From: Planctomycetota bacterium
GTDB taxonomy: Bacteria; Planctomycetota; B15-G4; JADJEK01
Length of the DNA: 64,000 nt
Direction of reading: 5' to 3'
NCBI GenBank assembly: GCA_044225365.1
Contig: JBGAIQ010000006.1
Span: 96,001 to 160,000 of the forward strand
Part shown: piece by piece, positions 29,760 to 39,694 of the stretch
Layout: each line of letters starts with the position of its first letter
Numbering within the stretch: position 1 is the stretch's first letter
Position numbers and translations under genes: made by a program
The notes under the pieces: model-generated
Told to the model about the DNA's origin: nothing
The model's database searches: none
Seen by the model: only the letters and a program-made list of their open reading frames with translations

Positions 29760-31348
29760 ATCGATCGTCCGAGCGGATCCTCGTCGGTTGCGGGATCATC
29801 CTCACCGCGGTCGGGATGCACTGGACCTATCAGATGTACAAGGGCACCGAAGCGAGTCGCGTGCCTTCGTTCCTCCCCGAGCCGAGCGAACATTTTCCGA
29901 TCGCGCAGGCGTCTGCGATCCCCGTCGATCCGATCCCAGCTGCAACCGCAGCGCCGGCCGATCCCCGGCCGATCGCCACTGTCAGCTCACCCGAACACGA
30001 CATGCCGCAGAGGGCTCCCGAACTCCTGATCTACCCGACGATCGAGCGCGGCTTCCGCACGCCTTTCGATCTTTGGCGCTACTACGGCCGCGGGGCTTCG
30101 TCGTGGGACACGCCGCTCATGGGAATGCGCTTCGAGCAGTGGCTCGAATTCCACGACAAGCAGAAGCCGACGTTGATGCGCGAAGTCCACGACTACATGA
30201 ACTCGCGCTACGACTTCTCCGGCAAGGCGATCCCCGACCAGAAGATGTCGGGCGGCCGCAAGGCGATCATGGCAGGACCGGTCGCCCGCTTGCCGAACGG
30301 GTTCGATTCCTACGAAGCGCTGGCGCGCCTCCCGGCCAAGGAGATCCGCGAGCGCGACCTGTTCCCGTACAAGCCGCTCGCGCACCCGCTGCAGTCGACC
30401 GCACACATGGTCTTCCCCGACATGTGGATCGCTGTGCACCCGGAGCACGAGCGCTTCGACGTCGGCATGGACATCCCCGACGCATACCTTCCCGAGTTCC
30501 CGCCGCCGCTCTTCCTCACCACGCACAAAGAACTCGGCGACGTCACCTCGGGTCAGGAGGTGACGCTCGAGAACTACTACCCGATCTTCGACGGACTGTT
30601 GACGCCCGAGCAGATGGAAGGCCTCAAAGAGCTGCTTCGTCCCTCGCCGTCGACGTGGTTCAACCAGACGGACCACCGTCTCACGAAGAAACCGTCCCGC
30701 GGCGTCTCTTGTCTCGACTGCCACGTGAACGGCCACACCAACGGCGCTTTCGAGCTCGCACCCGACTCGCGCCCGCTTCTCGCTCGCCTGCGCGTCGACA
30801 CGCCCTCGCTTCGGGGAAACTACAACCTCGCGCAGCTCTCCTCGAAACGCTCGATCCGCAGCATGGACCACTTCGCCGAGGTCGAGGAGTACTTCGACGG
30901 TGATCCCGGGATGATGCAAGCGATCGGCCCCCGCGCGGTGAAACGCGAAGTCTCGACTCGCATGGGCGACTTCAATGCGATCGTGGATTATCCGCCGGCA
31001 CCAAAGCTCGATCCGCTGCAGCGCCTGCGCAAGGACCTCGCGACGGAATCGGAGCTGCGCGGCGAATCCCTGTTCCACGGCAAGGGCCAGTGCATCCAGT
31101 GCCACGGCGGCCCGGCCTTCGTCGACGACTACTTGCACGACCTAGAGGTCGAACGCTTCTACAAGGGCCGTCCCGAAGGCCCGATCAAGACCTTCCCGCT
31201 TCGCGGCATCAAGGATTCGCCGCCCTATCTCCACGACGGCCGATGCCCGACGCTCGCCGACACGATCGAGTTCTTCGATCTCGTTCTCGAACTCCATCTC
31301 ACGAAGCAGGAGAAGGGCGATCTCCTGGCGTATCTGCTTTGCTTGTGA
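29756..31348 (+). CDS. Di-haem cytochrome c of the bCCP/MauG-like superfamily
   Basis: Two CxxCH motifs (CLDCH, CIQCH), DTPSLRG, KTFPLRG..SPPYLHDGR; N-terminal anchor; ATGA overlap with the upstream gene. Confidence 0.85.
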   Translation: MNRSSERILVGCGIILTAVGMHWTYQMYKGTEASRVPSFLPEPSEHFPIAQASAIPVDPIPAATAAPADPRPIATVSSPEHDMPQRAPELLIYPTIERGFRTPFDLWRYYGRGASSWDTPLMGMRFEQWLEFHDKQKPTLMREVHDYMNSRYDFSGKAIPDQKMSGGRKAIMAGPVARLPNGFDSYEALARLPAKEIRERDLFPYKPLAHPLQSTAHMVFPDMWIAVHPEHERFDVGMDIPDAYLPEFPPPLFLTTHKELGDVTSGQEVTLENYYPIFDGLLTPEQMEGLKELLRPSPSTWFNQTDHRLTKKPSRGVSCLDCHVNGHTNGAFELAPDSRPLLARLRVDTPSLRGNYNLAQLSSKRSIRSMDHFAEVEEYFDGDPGMMQAIGPRAVKREVSTRMGDFNAIVDYPPAPKLDPLQRLRKDLATESELRGESLFHGKGQCIQCHGGPAFVDDYLHDLEVERFYKGRPEGPIKTFPLRGIKDSPPYLHDGRCPTLADTIEFFDLVLELHLTKQEKGDLLAYLLCL

Positions 31349-31367
31349 GAAAGCCGGCCGGAAGCAA

Positions 31368-31408
31368 AACGAGCGGCGCGAGCTGGAAGCCCGTGCCGCT
31401 CGTTCTTT
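31368..31408. terminator. Hairpin terminator between convergent genes
   Basis: aacgagcggcgcgagc / gcccgtgccgctcgtt stem with A- and T-rich flanks. Confidence 0.65.
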
Positions 31409-31425
31409 CGGTCTGACGAATTCGA

Positions 31426-31755
31426 TCAGCGACCGCGGTAACCGCCGCCACCGCCTCCGCCGCCCCGATACCCGCCGCCGCCACCACCGCCGCCGCCGCC
31501 GCCACGCGATTCACGCGCGCGCGCTTCGTTCACGGTGAGATTGCGACCGCCGTAAGCGGCGCCGTTGAGCGCCTCCATGGCCTTGCGGCCATCGGCGTCG
31601 TTCGACATCTCGACGAAGCCGAAGCCGCGCGAGCGGCCCGTTTCGCGGTCGATGACGATCTGCGCACTGCTCACGTCGCCGTGCGACGAGAACAGATCGC
31701 GAAGCTGGGAGTCGGTGCAGTCGTAGGAAAGATTGCCAACGTAGAGCTTGAGCAC
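31426..31755 (-). CDS. RRM RNA-binding protein with Gly-rich tail
   Basis: RNP2 LYVGNL, RNP1 RGFGFVEM, Gly/Arg tail. Confidence 0.95.
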   Translation of the reverse strand: MLKLYVGNLSYDCTDSQLRDLFSSHGDVSSAQIVIDRETGRSRGFGFVEMSNDADGRKAMEALNGAAYGGRNLTVNEARARESRGGGGGGGGGGGYRGGGGGGGGYRGR

Positions 31756-32129
31756 TGGTAAGTGACCTCAACCCGAGGACTACTAGAAACTGACGCTGAT
31801 TCCTCGGGGAGAACCGGTGTCGCAGCGAGCGGTGGATCCACGTTTGGTCCAACCGTCGAAATTCGAGACGTAGTAGCGCCGCGAACCTGGACGGAAGCAT
31901 AAACGAAAACCCGTCGATTGCGGGGGTGATTCCCGATCTTGTCGTCGTGCCCGCTCCGCGCGGTGGAATCCGCGATTCGAGGCCGTGCTCTGTAGCCGAA
32001 CCCCGTTTCGAGACGATCGCTCGTCGCGACGAACGATATCGAATCCTCGGGATCCGAGTTCGCGAACTCACGTTTCGGTCGAATGCGGTGCGAATCGCCG
32101 TCGATCCGCACCGCCGGATTGGGACGCGA

Positions 32130-33392
32130 TCAGGGCGTGTTGACGTAGATCAAGCGATCCGTCGTGTACGAGCTGCCGAAGATCGGAACCGTGTAGGGGC
32201 CGAGCAGCGGCGCCGTGTAGTTGTCGGCGAGATCGGTGAAGCCGCGCACAGGAGCGGAAGCGCCCACGTTCGCGGTCCAGCCGTCCTTCGTCGAGGCGCC
32301 GTAGTAGATCCCGATCCACGACCCGCTGCAGGGCGCGTTGTGCAGGAAGAGCCCTTCATCGACCCACGCGCACTCCTTGCCGGGATAGACGTTGCCATTC
32401 GTCCAGCAGCCGATGTTCGAAGTCGTCAGGTTGAACCACGGCAGATTCGGGAACGAGAAGTTGAGCGCCTGGAAGCTGCCGTTGACGCCGGTGGCGTCGA
32501 CGCACGAAGTCGTTCCCTGGAACGATCGGAACTGGTGATGCTTCGGAGCCGGCGCACCGGGACAGAGGCACGCGCCGCCGAGCAATCCGATCTGACCTCC
32601 GACGACGGGATCCTCGACCGCGCAGAACGTCGAGCCCGGGACGACCATCTCGCGCGAAGCCTCGGCGAGCATCGGCCCGCTCGGCGACGGATTGTTCGAT
32701 GCCACGAACGGCTGCGTCGTCGAGTGCGGCGCCACGATCGCGTACGAACGCGTCGGATGGAACTGACCTGGCCGATCGGAGAAGCCCGGCCGATGGATGA
32801 AGAAGTCGCACGCGTGATAGAGCACGACGGCGTTCTCGCTGATCGCTCCCGATCCGCACGGCGAAGCGTAGTCGACGTACCCGTAGTAGAACGCGGTCGG
32901 CTGCGTACCGAAGGGCGCGAGACAGCTCGGCGCGGGACAGGGCGGAACGATGCCGGTGAGGACGACCTGCAGATCGGCCTTTGCCACGAAGCGCCACACT
33001 TGCCGCGCGATGCCGCTCGGCGCCGTCTCCGTCCAGGTGCGCGTGTAGTCGAGCGTCACCTTACCGGTGAGCACGGGGCTACCCGTGGCGACGTCGATCG
33101 CAGTGAGCAGGGAGACGAACTCCGCGCACCTCACCGAGGACGGCGCACTCATTGTCACCGTGAGATTGTTGAGCACCGCGGGAACGCAGTTGTTCCAGCA
33201 GATGCCGAGTCCCGGCAGCGTGACGGCCGGGAACGCGGGCAAGGTCGCCGTCGTCGGCGCGCAGCAGGTCGTGAACGAGAGATTGTCGGGGCCGACGCAG
33301 AGCTGAGCGCTCGCTCGGGACGTAAACGAGAAAAGGCCGAGTCCCACCGCAAACGCGGACATGACGCGGCCAAGAAGATGCGGATTGCGCAT
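32130..33392 (-). CDS. Secreted cysteine-rich hypothetical protein
   Basis: GGAGG RBS before ATG 33392, signal peptide (ASA-Q), about 17 Cys in 420 aa. Confidence 0.8.
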   Translation of the reverse strand: MRNPHLLGRVMSAFAVGLGLFSFTSRASAQLCVGPDNLSFTTCCAPTTATLPAFPAVTLPGLGICWNNCVPAVLNNLTVTMSAPSSVRCAEFVSLLTAIDVATGSPVLTGKVTLDYTRTWTETAPSGIARQVWRFVAKADLQVVLTGIVPPCPAPSCLAPFGTQPTAFYYGYVDYASPCGSGAISENAVVLYHACDFFIHRPGFSDRPGQFHPTRSYAIVAPHSTTQPFVASNNPSPSGPMLAEASREMVVPGSTFCAVEDPVVGGQIGLLGGACLCPGAPAPKHHQFRSFQGTTSCVDATGVNGSFQALNFSFPNLPWFNLTTSNIGCWTNGNVYPGKECAWVDEGLFLHNAPCSGSWIGIYYGASTKDGWTANVGASAPVRGFTDLADNYTAPLLGPYTVPIFGSSYTTDRLIYVNTP

Positions 33393-33747
33393 TTCGATCC
33401 TCCTTCGAGGAATGGGCGAGGTGTGGGATCCCGAACGACGCCACGATCCTAACCGATAATGCCGAATTCGGCACGCGAAGGGTCGAGACCCGGCCGGTGC
33501 CCCCATGACTCTTTGGTCAGCGCCGGGCGAACCCTTGTTACCCCCCGGACGGGGCTCGGTAGACCGGTCGACACGAAACCGATCCCTCGCCGACGAACGC
33601 GCATTCGCGATGCGCGCGAATTCCGGCGACGCCATCGCCCCCACCTCTGCGACTGGCGCGAGGATCGAGAATCCTCCGCTCATCCATCCCACCGCCTCGC
33701 GAGTGGATGCGCGGTTCGACTCATCCCCTCCCGACGAAGGAGTTCCC

Positions 33748-34248
33748 ATGCGTACGAATCCAGCATTGCGGCACCGTGTCGAACAGGATCTCGCCGCGCT
33801 TCTCGACGTCAACGGAGCGCGACGACGAGCCGCGCGACTCGATCTCGTCGCATTCGGGCCTCGCGTCTCGGGTCTTCTCGAGTATCGCCTTGCTCACGGC
33901 AGCCCGGCGCAGCGGATCGCCGCTGCCCACGTGCTGAGCGACGTCCCGAGTGATCGGGCCATCCTCGCGCTGCTCAGGAGTTTCGAGGATCCCGACCCCG
34001 GCGTACGTTTCTCCGCGGCCGACGCGCTCGCGGAACATTCCGAACATGCCATCCGTCCCCTCCTGCGCGCGCTGATCGATCGCGGGCACTCGCCCTGGTT
34101 CCGCGAATGCGCGGCGCAGTGCTTCTCACGGCTCTCCGGGCGGGGCGTGCGGACGGGTGCCGGCCGCGTCGCAGCCGCACTGCTCGACTCACGCCGCTTC
34201 GTGCTGATCCCGCTGCTCGCGTTGGAAGCCCTCTCCGGCGACGGATGA
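33748..34248 (+). CDS. HEAT-repeat protein
   Basis: AAGGAG RBS; AILALLRSFEDPDPGVRFSAADAL. Confidence 0.7.
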   Translation: MRTNPALRHRVEQDLAALLDVNGARRRAARLDLVAFGPRVSGLLEYRLAHGSPAQRIAAAHVLSDVPSDRAILALLRSFEDPDPGVRFSAADALAEHSEHAIRPLLRALIDRGHSPWFRECAAQCFSRLSGRGVRTGAGRVAAALLDSRRFVLIPLLALEALSGDG

Positions 34249-34342
34249 CCCTGTGATGTGGGGCAGCCACCTGCCCCGCTTTCTCCATCTCTCGAGTACG
34301 CCAAGAACGCCCAGGCGAGCGACTCGCGTTATCCTCGGCGAC

Positions 34343-35008
34343 GTGAAATCCAAACCGAGACGAGACGACGCGGCCGCGCAGGAAGCCATCGCGAGTGACG
34401 CCGACGACTTCGTGACGATCCTGCGTCGCGAACTCACGCGGCGCTGCCACGCGAATGCGCATTACTCGCTTCGCGCTTTCGCACGCGACCTGCGATGCGA
34501 TCACTCTTCGCTGTCGCAACTCCTTCGCGGTCGCCGCAAGCTCACGCCCGCGATCGTCCTGAAGCTCGCTCCGCGCCTTCGACTCGACGCCCCCACCGCC
34601 GAGCGCCTCGCTGGGTTGGCCGCGCGAAACTCGTTCGCCGAGCCCGCGGCGTTGAAGCTCGCGAGAGCGCTCACCTGCGATGCCTGGTGCGCGCTCGCCG
34701 AGTGGCCGCATCTCGCGATCCTCGAACTCACGCGTCTGCCCGAGTTCCGCACCGACAGTCGCTTCATCGCACGCGTCCTCGGCGCCACCGTCGACGAGGT
34801 CAACATCGCGCTGCAGCGACTCCTGCGCCTCGGCCTCCTCGAGATGGTCTCGCCGCAGAAGTGGATCGACCGGACCGCAGCGACCTCGATGGACGCATTC
34901 GCGCGTGCGACCGTGCGGAAACTGCTCGAACGACTGAAATCGCTCGCGGACGAACCCGCGGCGGAACCGCAACGCAGAACGAAACCGAGAAGGAGAGTAC
35001 GCCGATGA
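34343..35008 (+). CDS. TIGR02147/DUF4423-like HTH protein
   Basis: YSLRAFARDL...SSLSQLLRGRRKLT, W.HLAILEL, ALQRLLRLGLL. Start uncertain (34253 possible). Confidence 0.75.
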   Translation: MKSKPRRDDAAAQEAIASDADDFVTILRRELTRRCHANAHYSLRAFARDLRCDHSSLSQLLRGRRKLTPAIVLKLAPRLRLDAPTAERLAGLAARNSFAEPAALKLARALTCDAWCALAEWPHLAILELTRLPEFRTDSRFIARVLGATVDEVNIALQRLLRLGLLEMVSPQKWIDRTAATSMDAFARATVRKLLERLKSLADEPAAEPQRRTKPRRRVRR

Positions 35009-35367
35009 GTCATCCCGTCACGCAGTTCCAGATCCTCGCGAAGGACCCCGAGAGCGTCGCGCGCTTCTTCGGCCGACTCTTCGGCTGGCACATCGACGCC
35101 AACAACCCTCTTGGTTACCGCAGGATCGAAACGGGCAGCAAGGATGGCATCCAGGGCGGCATCTGGCCCGCGCCTCCGCAGGCGCCCGATTTCGTGCAGC
35201 TCTTCATCGATGTGGACGATGTCGCGGCGATCGTGAAGAAGGCCGAGGACGGCGGCGCAAAGGTGCTCGTCCCGCCGACCGTGCTTCCAGAAGGCGACGA
35301 GATGGCGGTGCTCCTTGCCCCGAATCAGATGTCGTTCGCCGTTCAGCGCAAATCGAAGCGCGCTTGA
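35005..35367 (+). CDS. VOC/glyoxalase family protein
   Basis: HPVTQFQI, FFGRLFGW, IQGGI, VDDV...GAKVL. Confidence 0.88.
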   Translation: MSHPVTQFQILAKDPESVARFFGRLFGWHIDANNPLGYRRIETGSKDGIQGGIWPAPPQAPDFVQLFIDVDDVAAIVKKAEDGGAKVLVPPTVLPEGDEMAVLLAPNQMSFAVQRKSKRA

Positions 35368-35373
35368 TGGAGT

Positions 35374-36267
35374 TCAGTCCGGCTCGGGGGCGTTGCTGGA
35401 CATCCAAGCGATCGCACGCTCGATCTCGAATCGCATGCGATCGCGCGGATAGCGACAGCGCCGCCCGTGACCGGGCAGGATCCATTCGAACGACAGGTCC
35501 GCGAGCCGCTTCGTCGAGGCGATGAGCCGATCCCAGTCGTACCAGCAGGCCGACCGGAACCCGTAGACCTGATCGAGCCGCGCGCTGTACGCAATGTGAT
35601 CGCCGGTGAACAGCGCCTCGTCACGGAACAGGAGACACGCCGAACCGCGCGTGTGTCCGGGCGTCGGGATGACGAGGAGATCCCCGGCGAGTGGATGCGG
35701 CGCATCCCCCGTGATGCGAATCTCGGGAGCAGCACCCAGCGTCGCAGCGTCGCCGGCATGCATCACGCGCTCGCAGGCGAAGTGCTCGGTCCACTTCGCA
35801 TGATCGGCGACGTCGTCGCCATGGGTGAGGAAGAGCCACTTCACGCCGCCCATGGCCTCGATCTTCTCGACGAGCGGCCGCACGAAGCGCGGACTATCGA
35901 CAAGGACGTTGCCGTCCGTCCGCCGCACGAAGTAGCTCGTCGCGCCGAAGCTCTTCTCGCTGTGGAAGCCGCAGTGGAAGATCTCGTCCGTGATCGGCAA
36001 CGGGAAGTCGTGCGTCGCGGCGGCAAGCCCGCGCTTCGACTCTCCTTCGACTCCGATGGAGGCCGTCGGGCAGGCGAGGAGCGCGTGTAACGCGGCACGT
36101 GTCTCCGGCGCGCGCGGACCGGGCTGGGCGATCACCGCGGACTGCTCGCCGCTTCGCCGAAAGACTTCGGGTGCCATCCAACGACAGGTGTCGCAGTCGA
36201 TGCACGTCGAGTCGACGTAGAAATCGCCCGGAACGTTCTCCACACGACGTTGCTTCGGATTCGCCAT
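35374..36267 (-). CDS. Ferredoxin-fused MBL-fold metallo-hydrolase
   Basis: CIDCDTC...ACP Fe-S motif, THGDDVADH, TPGHT.GS, FTGDH, LPGHG. Confidence 0.9.
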   Translation of the reverse strand: MANPKQRRVENVPGDFYVDSTCIDCDTCRWMAPEVFRRSGEQSAVIAQPGPRAPETRAALHALLACPTASIGVEGESKRGLAAATHDFPLPITDEIFHCGFHSEKSFGATSYFVRRTDGNVLVDSPRFVRPLVEKIEAMGGVKWLFLTHGDDVADHAKWTEHFACERVMHAGDAATLGAAPEIRITGDAPHPLAGDLLVIPTPGHTRGSACLLFRDEALFTGDHIAYSARLDQVYGFRSACWYDWDRLIASTKRLADLSFEWILPGHGRRCRYPRDRMRFEIERAIAWMSSNAPEPD

Positions 36268-36356
36268 GATCCCTTCCTGTAGCGCGAACGGCGGCAGATC
36301 CAACTCCGGTCGGATCCGCTACCATGCTGCGCTCCCGCCGCAATCGGAGCAACCGC

Positions 36357-38633
36357 ATGGCCACGCCCGCCCATTCGCCGCTCGTCCTTCGTTCGTCCTA
36401 TCTCGCGACCTGTGTCGCCGCCTTCGCGCTCTCCGCGCTGGCCGGACCCACCAAGTCGACGATCACGCTCGAGCAGACCGCCGGGCGCGGCGGACGCATT
36501 CAATTCAACAGTTCGTTGAAGCAGTACCGTTTCGACTCCGATGGCGCACTCCTTTCCGATGGGGGTAAGCGACTCGATCCGAAAACGCTCGCCGAACTGC
36601 CCGCCAAAGCCGTGGACCCGAAGGCGGCTGGTTCGGAGGCATCGAAGGTCGAACGCCTCGATCGCGATGCGACCGTCGCCGCACTTTCGAAGCTCTCCGC
36701 GATCGGGAAGGACAAGGCCGTTTCGCTGGTCGACGGCGCGCGCGCGACATACGAACCCGCTGAGATCGCGAAGACCCGACTCGTCCTCTCCGACGGTGGC
36801 GCGTTCTACGTGAAGGGTGACACGGCGAAGGTCGTGATCGAGAGCGGCGGCGCGCCGATCGAACTGCCGACGTTCGTGAAGGCGACGAATCGCGTCGTGT
36901 TCGTGCGAGGCAACGATCTGTTCGCGATCGATCTCGTCGACGGGTCCCTCACTCGAATCACCGATACGGGCAGCAGCACGATCCTGAACGGCAAACTCGA
37001 CTGGGTGTACCAGGAGGAGGTCTACGGCCGATCGAAGTTCACCGGCTACTTCCCGAGCGGGGACGGCAAGCACCTCGCCTTTCTCACGCTCGACGAAGGC
37101 AAGGTCTTCGACTTCCCGATCGTCGACCCGATCACGCAAGGTGATTTCCGCGGCCGCCTCGAGCTCATGAAGTACCCGAAGGCAGGCGATCCGAACCCGA
37201 GCGTGAAACTCTCGCTCTACGACGTGATCGCGAAGAAGTCGGTGCCGGTCGATCTCGGGAAGTACGCCAGCGACGAACCCATCGTCGCGGTCGTCACGTT
37301 CACGCCCGATTCGAAGCTCTGCCTCGCGGTCATCCAGGATCGCCGCCAGACCTATGCCGATCTCATCGCGATCGACCCGTCGACCGGCGAATGGAAGCCC
37401 TGGATCCACGAGGGCTCGAAGTCGTGGGTCGATCGCCCCGACGAACCGCGATGGCTGAACGACGGCGGTTTCTTGTGGATGAGCCAGCGCACCGGATACC
37501 TCCACGTCTACCGCTATCTCGCCAACGGCGGCCTTCAGAATGCGGTCACGACGGGTGACGGTTCGGTCGCGTCGATCCTCGACGTCGACGAGAAGGCCGG
37601 CGAACTGTGGTTCATCGGGAAGAAGGACGGAGCGATCAACAAGAACTTGTATCGCTGCCGCCTCGACGGAAGCGGCCTCACGCGCATCACGCAGGGCGAT
37701 GGCACGCACAACGTCGAACTCGCGCCCGACAAGCAGTATCTCCTCGATACGTTTTCCTCGCTCACCCAGCCGCCCGCCGTTTCCCTCTGCGATCGCGACG
37801 GCAAGGTGCTGCGCGTGCTCGACGAGAGCAAGGTGTCGAACGACTACGAGATCGCGAAGTGGCAGCTGATGCCCGTGAAGGCTCGTGACGGCGTGACGAT
37901 CGATGCCGCATTCCAGAAGCCGATCGACTTCGACGCGACGGCGTCGTATCCGATCTGGATCACGACCTACTCCGGTCCCGCGATGCCCACGCTGTCGAAT
38001 CGCTGGTCCGTGAGTGCGTGGAATCAGTTCCTCGCGCAGAACGGCGTCATCGTGATGATGGTGAACGTGCGGTCGGCTTCCGACGCCGGCCAGTGCCTCA
38101 CCGAGTCGTGCTATCGCCAGCTCGGCAAGCAGGAGCTGATGGACATCGAGGACGCGATCGCCGCGCTCGCGACGAACCCCTGGGCCGATGGCGGCCGCGT
38201 CGGCATCACGGGCTACAGCTACGGCGGGTTCATGACGGCGTACGCGATGACGCACAGCGACAAGTTCGCGCTCGGCATCGCGGGCGGAGGCGTCTACGAC
38301 TGGCGCATGTACGACACGATCTACACCGAACGCTACATGGACCTGCCGAAGAACAACGCCGCCGGATACGACGCGAGCTCGGTGATCAAGGCGGCGAAGA
38401 ACCTGCACGGGCACCTGCTCTTCCACCACGGCGTCAACGACGACAACGTGCACCTGCAGAACGCGCTGCAGTTCGTCTACGCGCTCGAGAAGGCCGACAA
38501 GTCGTTCGAGTTCATGCCGTATCCCGAGTCCGGCCACGGCATCGGCGACCGCGATCTGGCATGGCACAACCGCCAGCTCGAGTGGAAGGAGATCGACCGT
38601 TATCTCGTGCACGGTCGCCCGACTCGGAATTGA
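36357..38633 (+). CDS. Dipeptidyl peptidase IV family (S9B) peptidase
   Basis: DWVYQEE, YPKAG, GYSYGG, DDNVH, catalytic His in SGHG. Confidence 0.93.
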   Translation: MATPAHSPLVLRSSYLATCVAAFALSALAGPTKSTITLEQTAGRGGRIQFNSSLKQYRFDSDGALLSDGGKRLDPKTLAELPAKAVDPKAAGSEASKVERLDRDATVAALSKLSAIGKDKAVSLVDGARATYEPAEIAKTRLVLSDGGAFYVKGDTAKVVIESGGAPIELPTFVKATNRVVFVRGNDLFAIDLVDGSLTRITDTGSSTILNGKLDWVYQEEVYGRSKFTGYFPSGDGKHLAFLTLDEGKVFDFPIVDPITQGDFRGRLELMKYPKAGDPNPSVKLSLYDVIAKKSVPVDLGKYASDEPIVAVVTFTPDSKLCLAVIQDRRQTYADLIAIDPSTGEWKPWIHEGSKSWVDRPDEPRWLNDGGFLWMSQRTGYLHVYRYLANGGLQNAVTTGDGSVASILDVDEKAGELWFIGKKDGAINKNLYRCRLDGSGLTRITQGDGTHNVELAPDKQYLLDTFSSLTQPPAVSLCDRDGKVLRVLDESKVSNDYEIAKWQLMPVKARDGVTIDAAFQKPIDFDATASYPIWITTYSGPAMPTLSNRWSVSAWNQFLAQNGVIVMMVNVRSASDAGQCLTESCYRQLGKQELMDIEDAIAALATNPWADGGRVGITGYSYGGFMTAYAMTHSDKFALGIAGGGVYDWRMYDTIYTERYMDLPKNNAAGYDASSVIKAAKNLHGHLLFHHGVNDDNVHLQNALQFVYALEKADKSFEFMPYPESGHGIGDRDLAWHNRQLEWKEIDRYLVHGRPTRN

Positions 38634-38641
38634 CGGCGCGG

Positions 38642-39694
38642 TCAGCGCGTGAGGTCGGCGTCGAACACGACGATCGGAGCGTCGGTCCCGGGCATCGCTT
38701 GCGAACCGTAGTGACGCTCGGAATCACGTTTGATGTTCCCGAGCTGCGAACGCAACGACTCGCCGCGATCGTCGTCGCTGTCGGGCACGCCATCGAGATC
38801 GAATCCGAACTCGCGAACGACGAGCCACGCGACGAGCCGTCCGTCGCTCGTCTTCACCGGTAGGTACGTGTCGCATCCCGCGAGCCAGTAGAAGTCCGGG
38901 CTCGCGGAGTAGACGTCGCATCGCATGTGTCCCGACGCGTCGACACGATCGAGGACTTGCAGATCGCAGTGATAGGTCGAGAAGGGAAACGGAAGGTCGC
39001 TCTCGAAGCGCACGGTGTACGTCGAGAAGCGCCCGAGATCGGAAGCGATTCCCGTCTTGAACGAGTTCTTCAGCATCCCGATCTCGAGGTACGACGCGCG
39101 GGGTCGGTCGGGATAGGTCGGATAGTCGCGTTCGACGTTCTTGATCGTGCGCAGATCCGCGAACACGAGAACCGCGCCTTGCACCAGGCAAGCCTGTTCA
39201 CCCGATCCCGGCACGCCGAGCGAGCGGCCCGCCTTCAACAGCGAGCCGAACCAGATTCCGTCGTTCCGAAGGTCCTTCTCGGGCGACCAAGAACCGCTCT
39301 TCAGACCCGAATCGGAGAGCAGCTCGAGCGCGGCTTCCATCACATCGCTCGGGAGGTCCTTGCGCTCGCGCTTCAACCTCGCGAGCCCGCTTCCCGCCGG
39401 ATCCTTCGCATCCTGCTGCGATCGCACGGCAGCGACGAGATCGCCGAAGGTCGTCGCCCGCGCCACCTCGGATGCGCCGCGCGCGGGCGCGAACGAGCGC
39501 TCGAGCAACGCCTTCGCGGTCACCAACTGGGACCGCGAATCCTGGAGCACGATGTCCGAGAGCAGGTAGCGCGTGTCGATCCCCACCTCGGCGATGCTCT
39601 TCACACGCGGGACCGCGGATCCCTGCTCATCGGCTCGATCGCCGGCAGGCGGGAGTAGCGCAGCGAACGAGAGAATGGCGTGCGCGAGCATCAT
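38642..39694 (-). CDS. Secreted hypothetical protein, last gene of the lipid-modification operon
   Basis: ATG overlaps the DUF2878 stop; hydrophobic N-terminus; no recognisable family. Confidence 0.7.
   Translation of the reverse strand: MMLAHAILSFAALLPPAGDRADEQGSAVPRVKSIAEVGIDTRYLLSDIVLQDSRSQLVTAKALLERSFAPARGASEVARATTFGDLVAAVRSQQDAKDPAGSGLARLKRERKDLPSDVMEAALELLSDSGLKSGSWSPEKDLRNDGIWFGSLLKAGRSLGVPGSGEQACLVQGAVLVFADLRTIKNVERDYPTYPDRPRASYLEIGMLKNSFKTGIASDLGRFSTYTVRFESDLPFPFSTYHCDLQVLDRVDASGHMRCDVYSASPDFYWLAGCDTYLPVKTSDGRLVAWLVVREFGFDLDGVPDSDDDRGESLRSQLGNIKRDSERHYGSQAMPGTDAPIVVFDADLTR

Noticed and set aside
31430-31505. GCC/CCG microsatellite-like tract
   Set aside because: It encodes the ordinary Gly-rich tail of the RRM protein.
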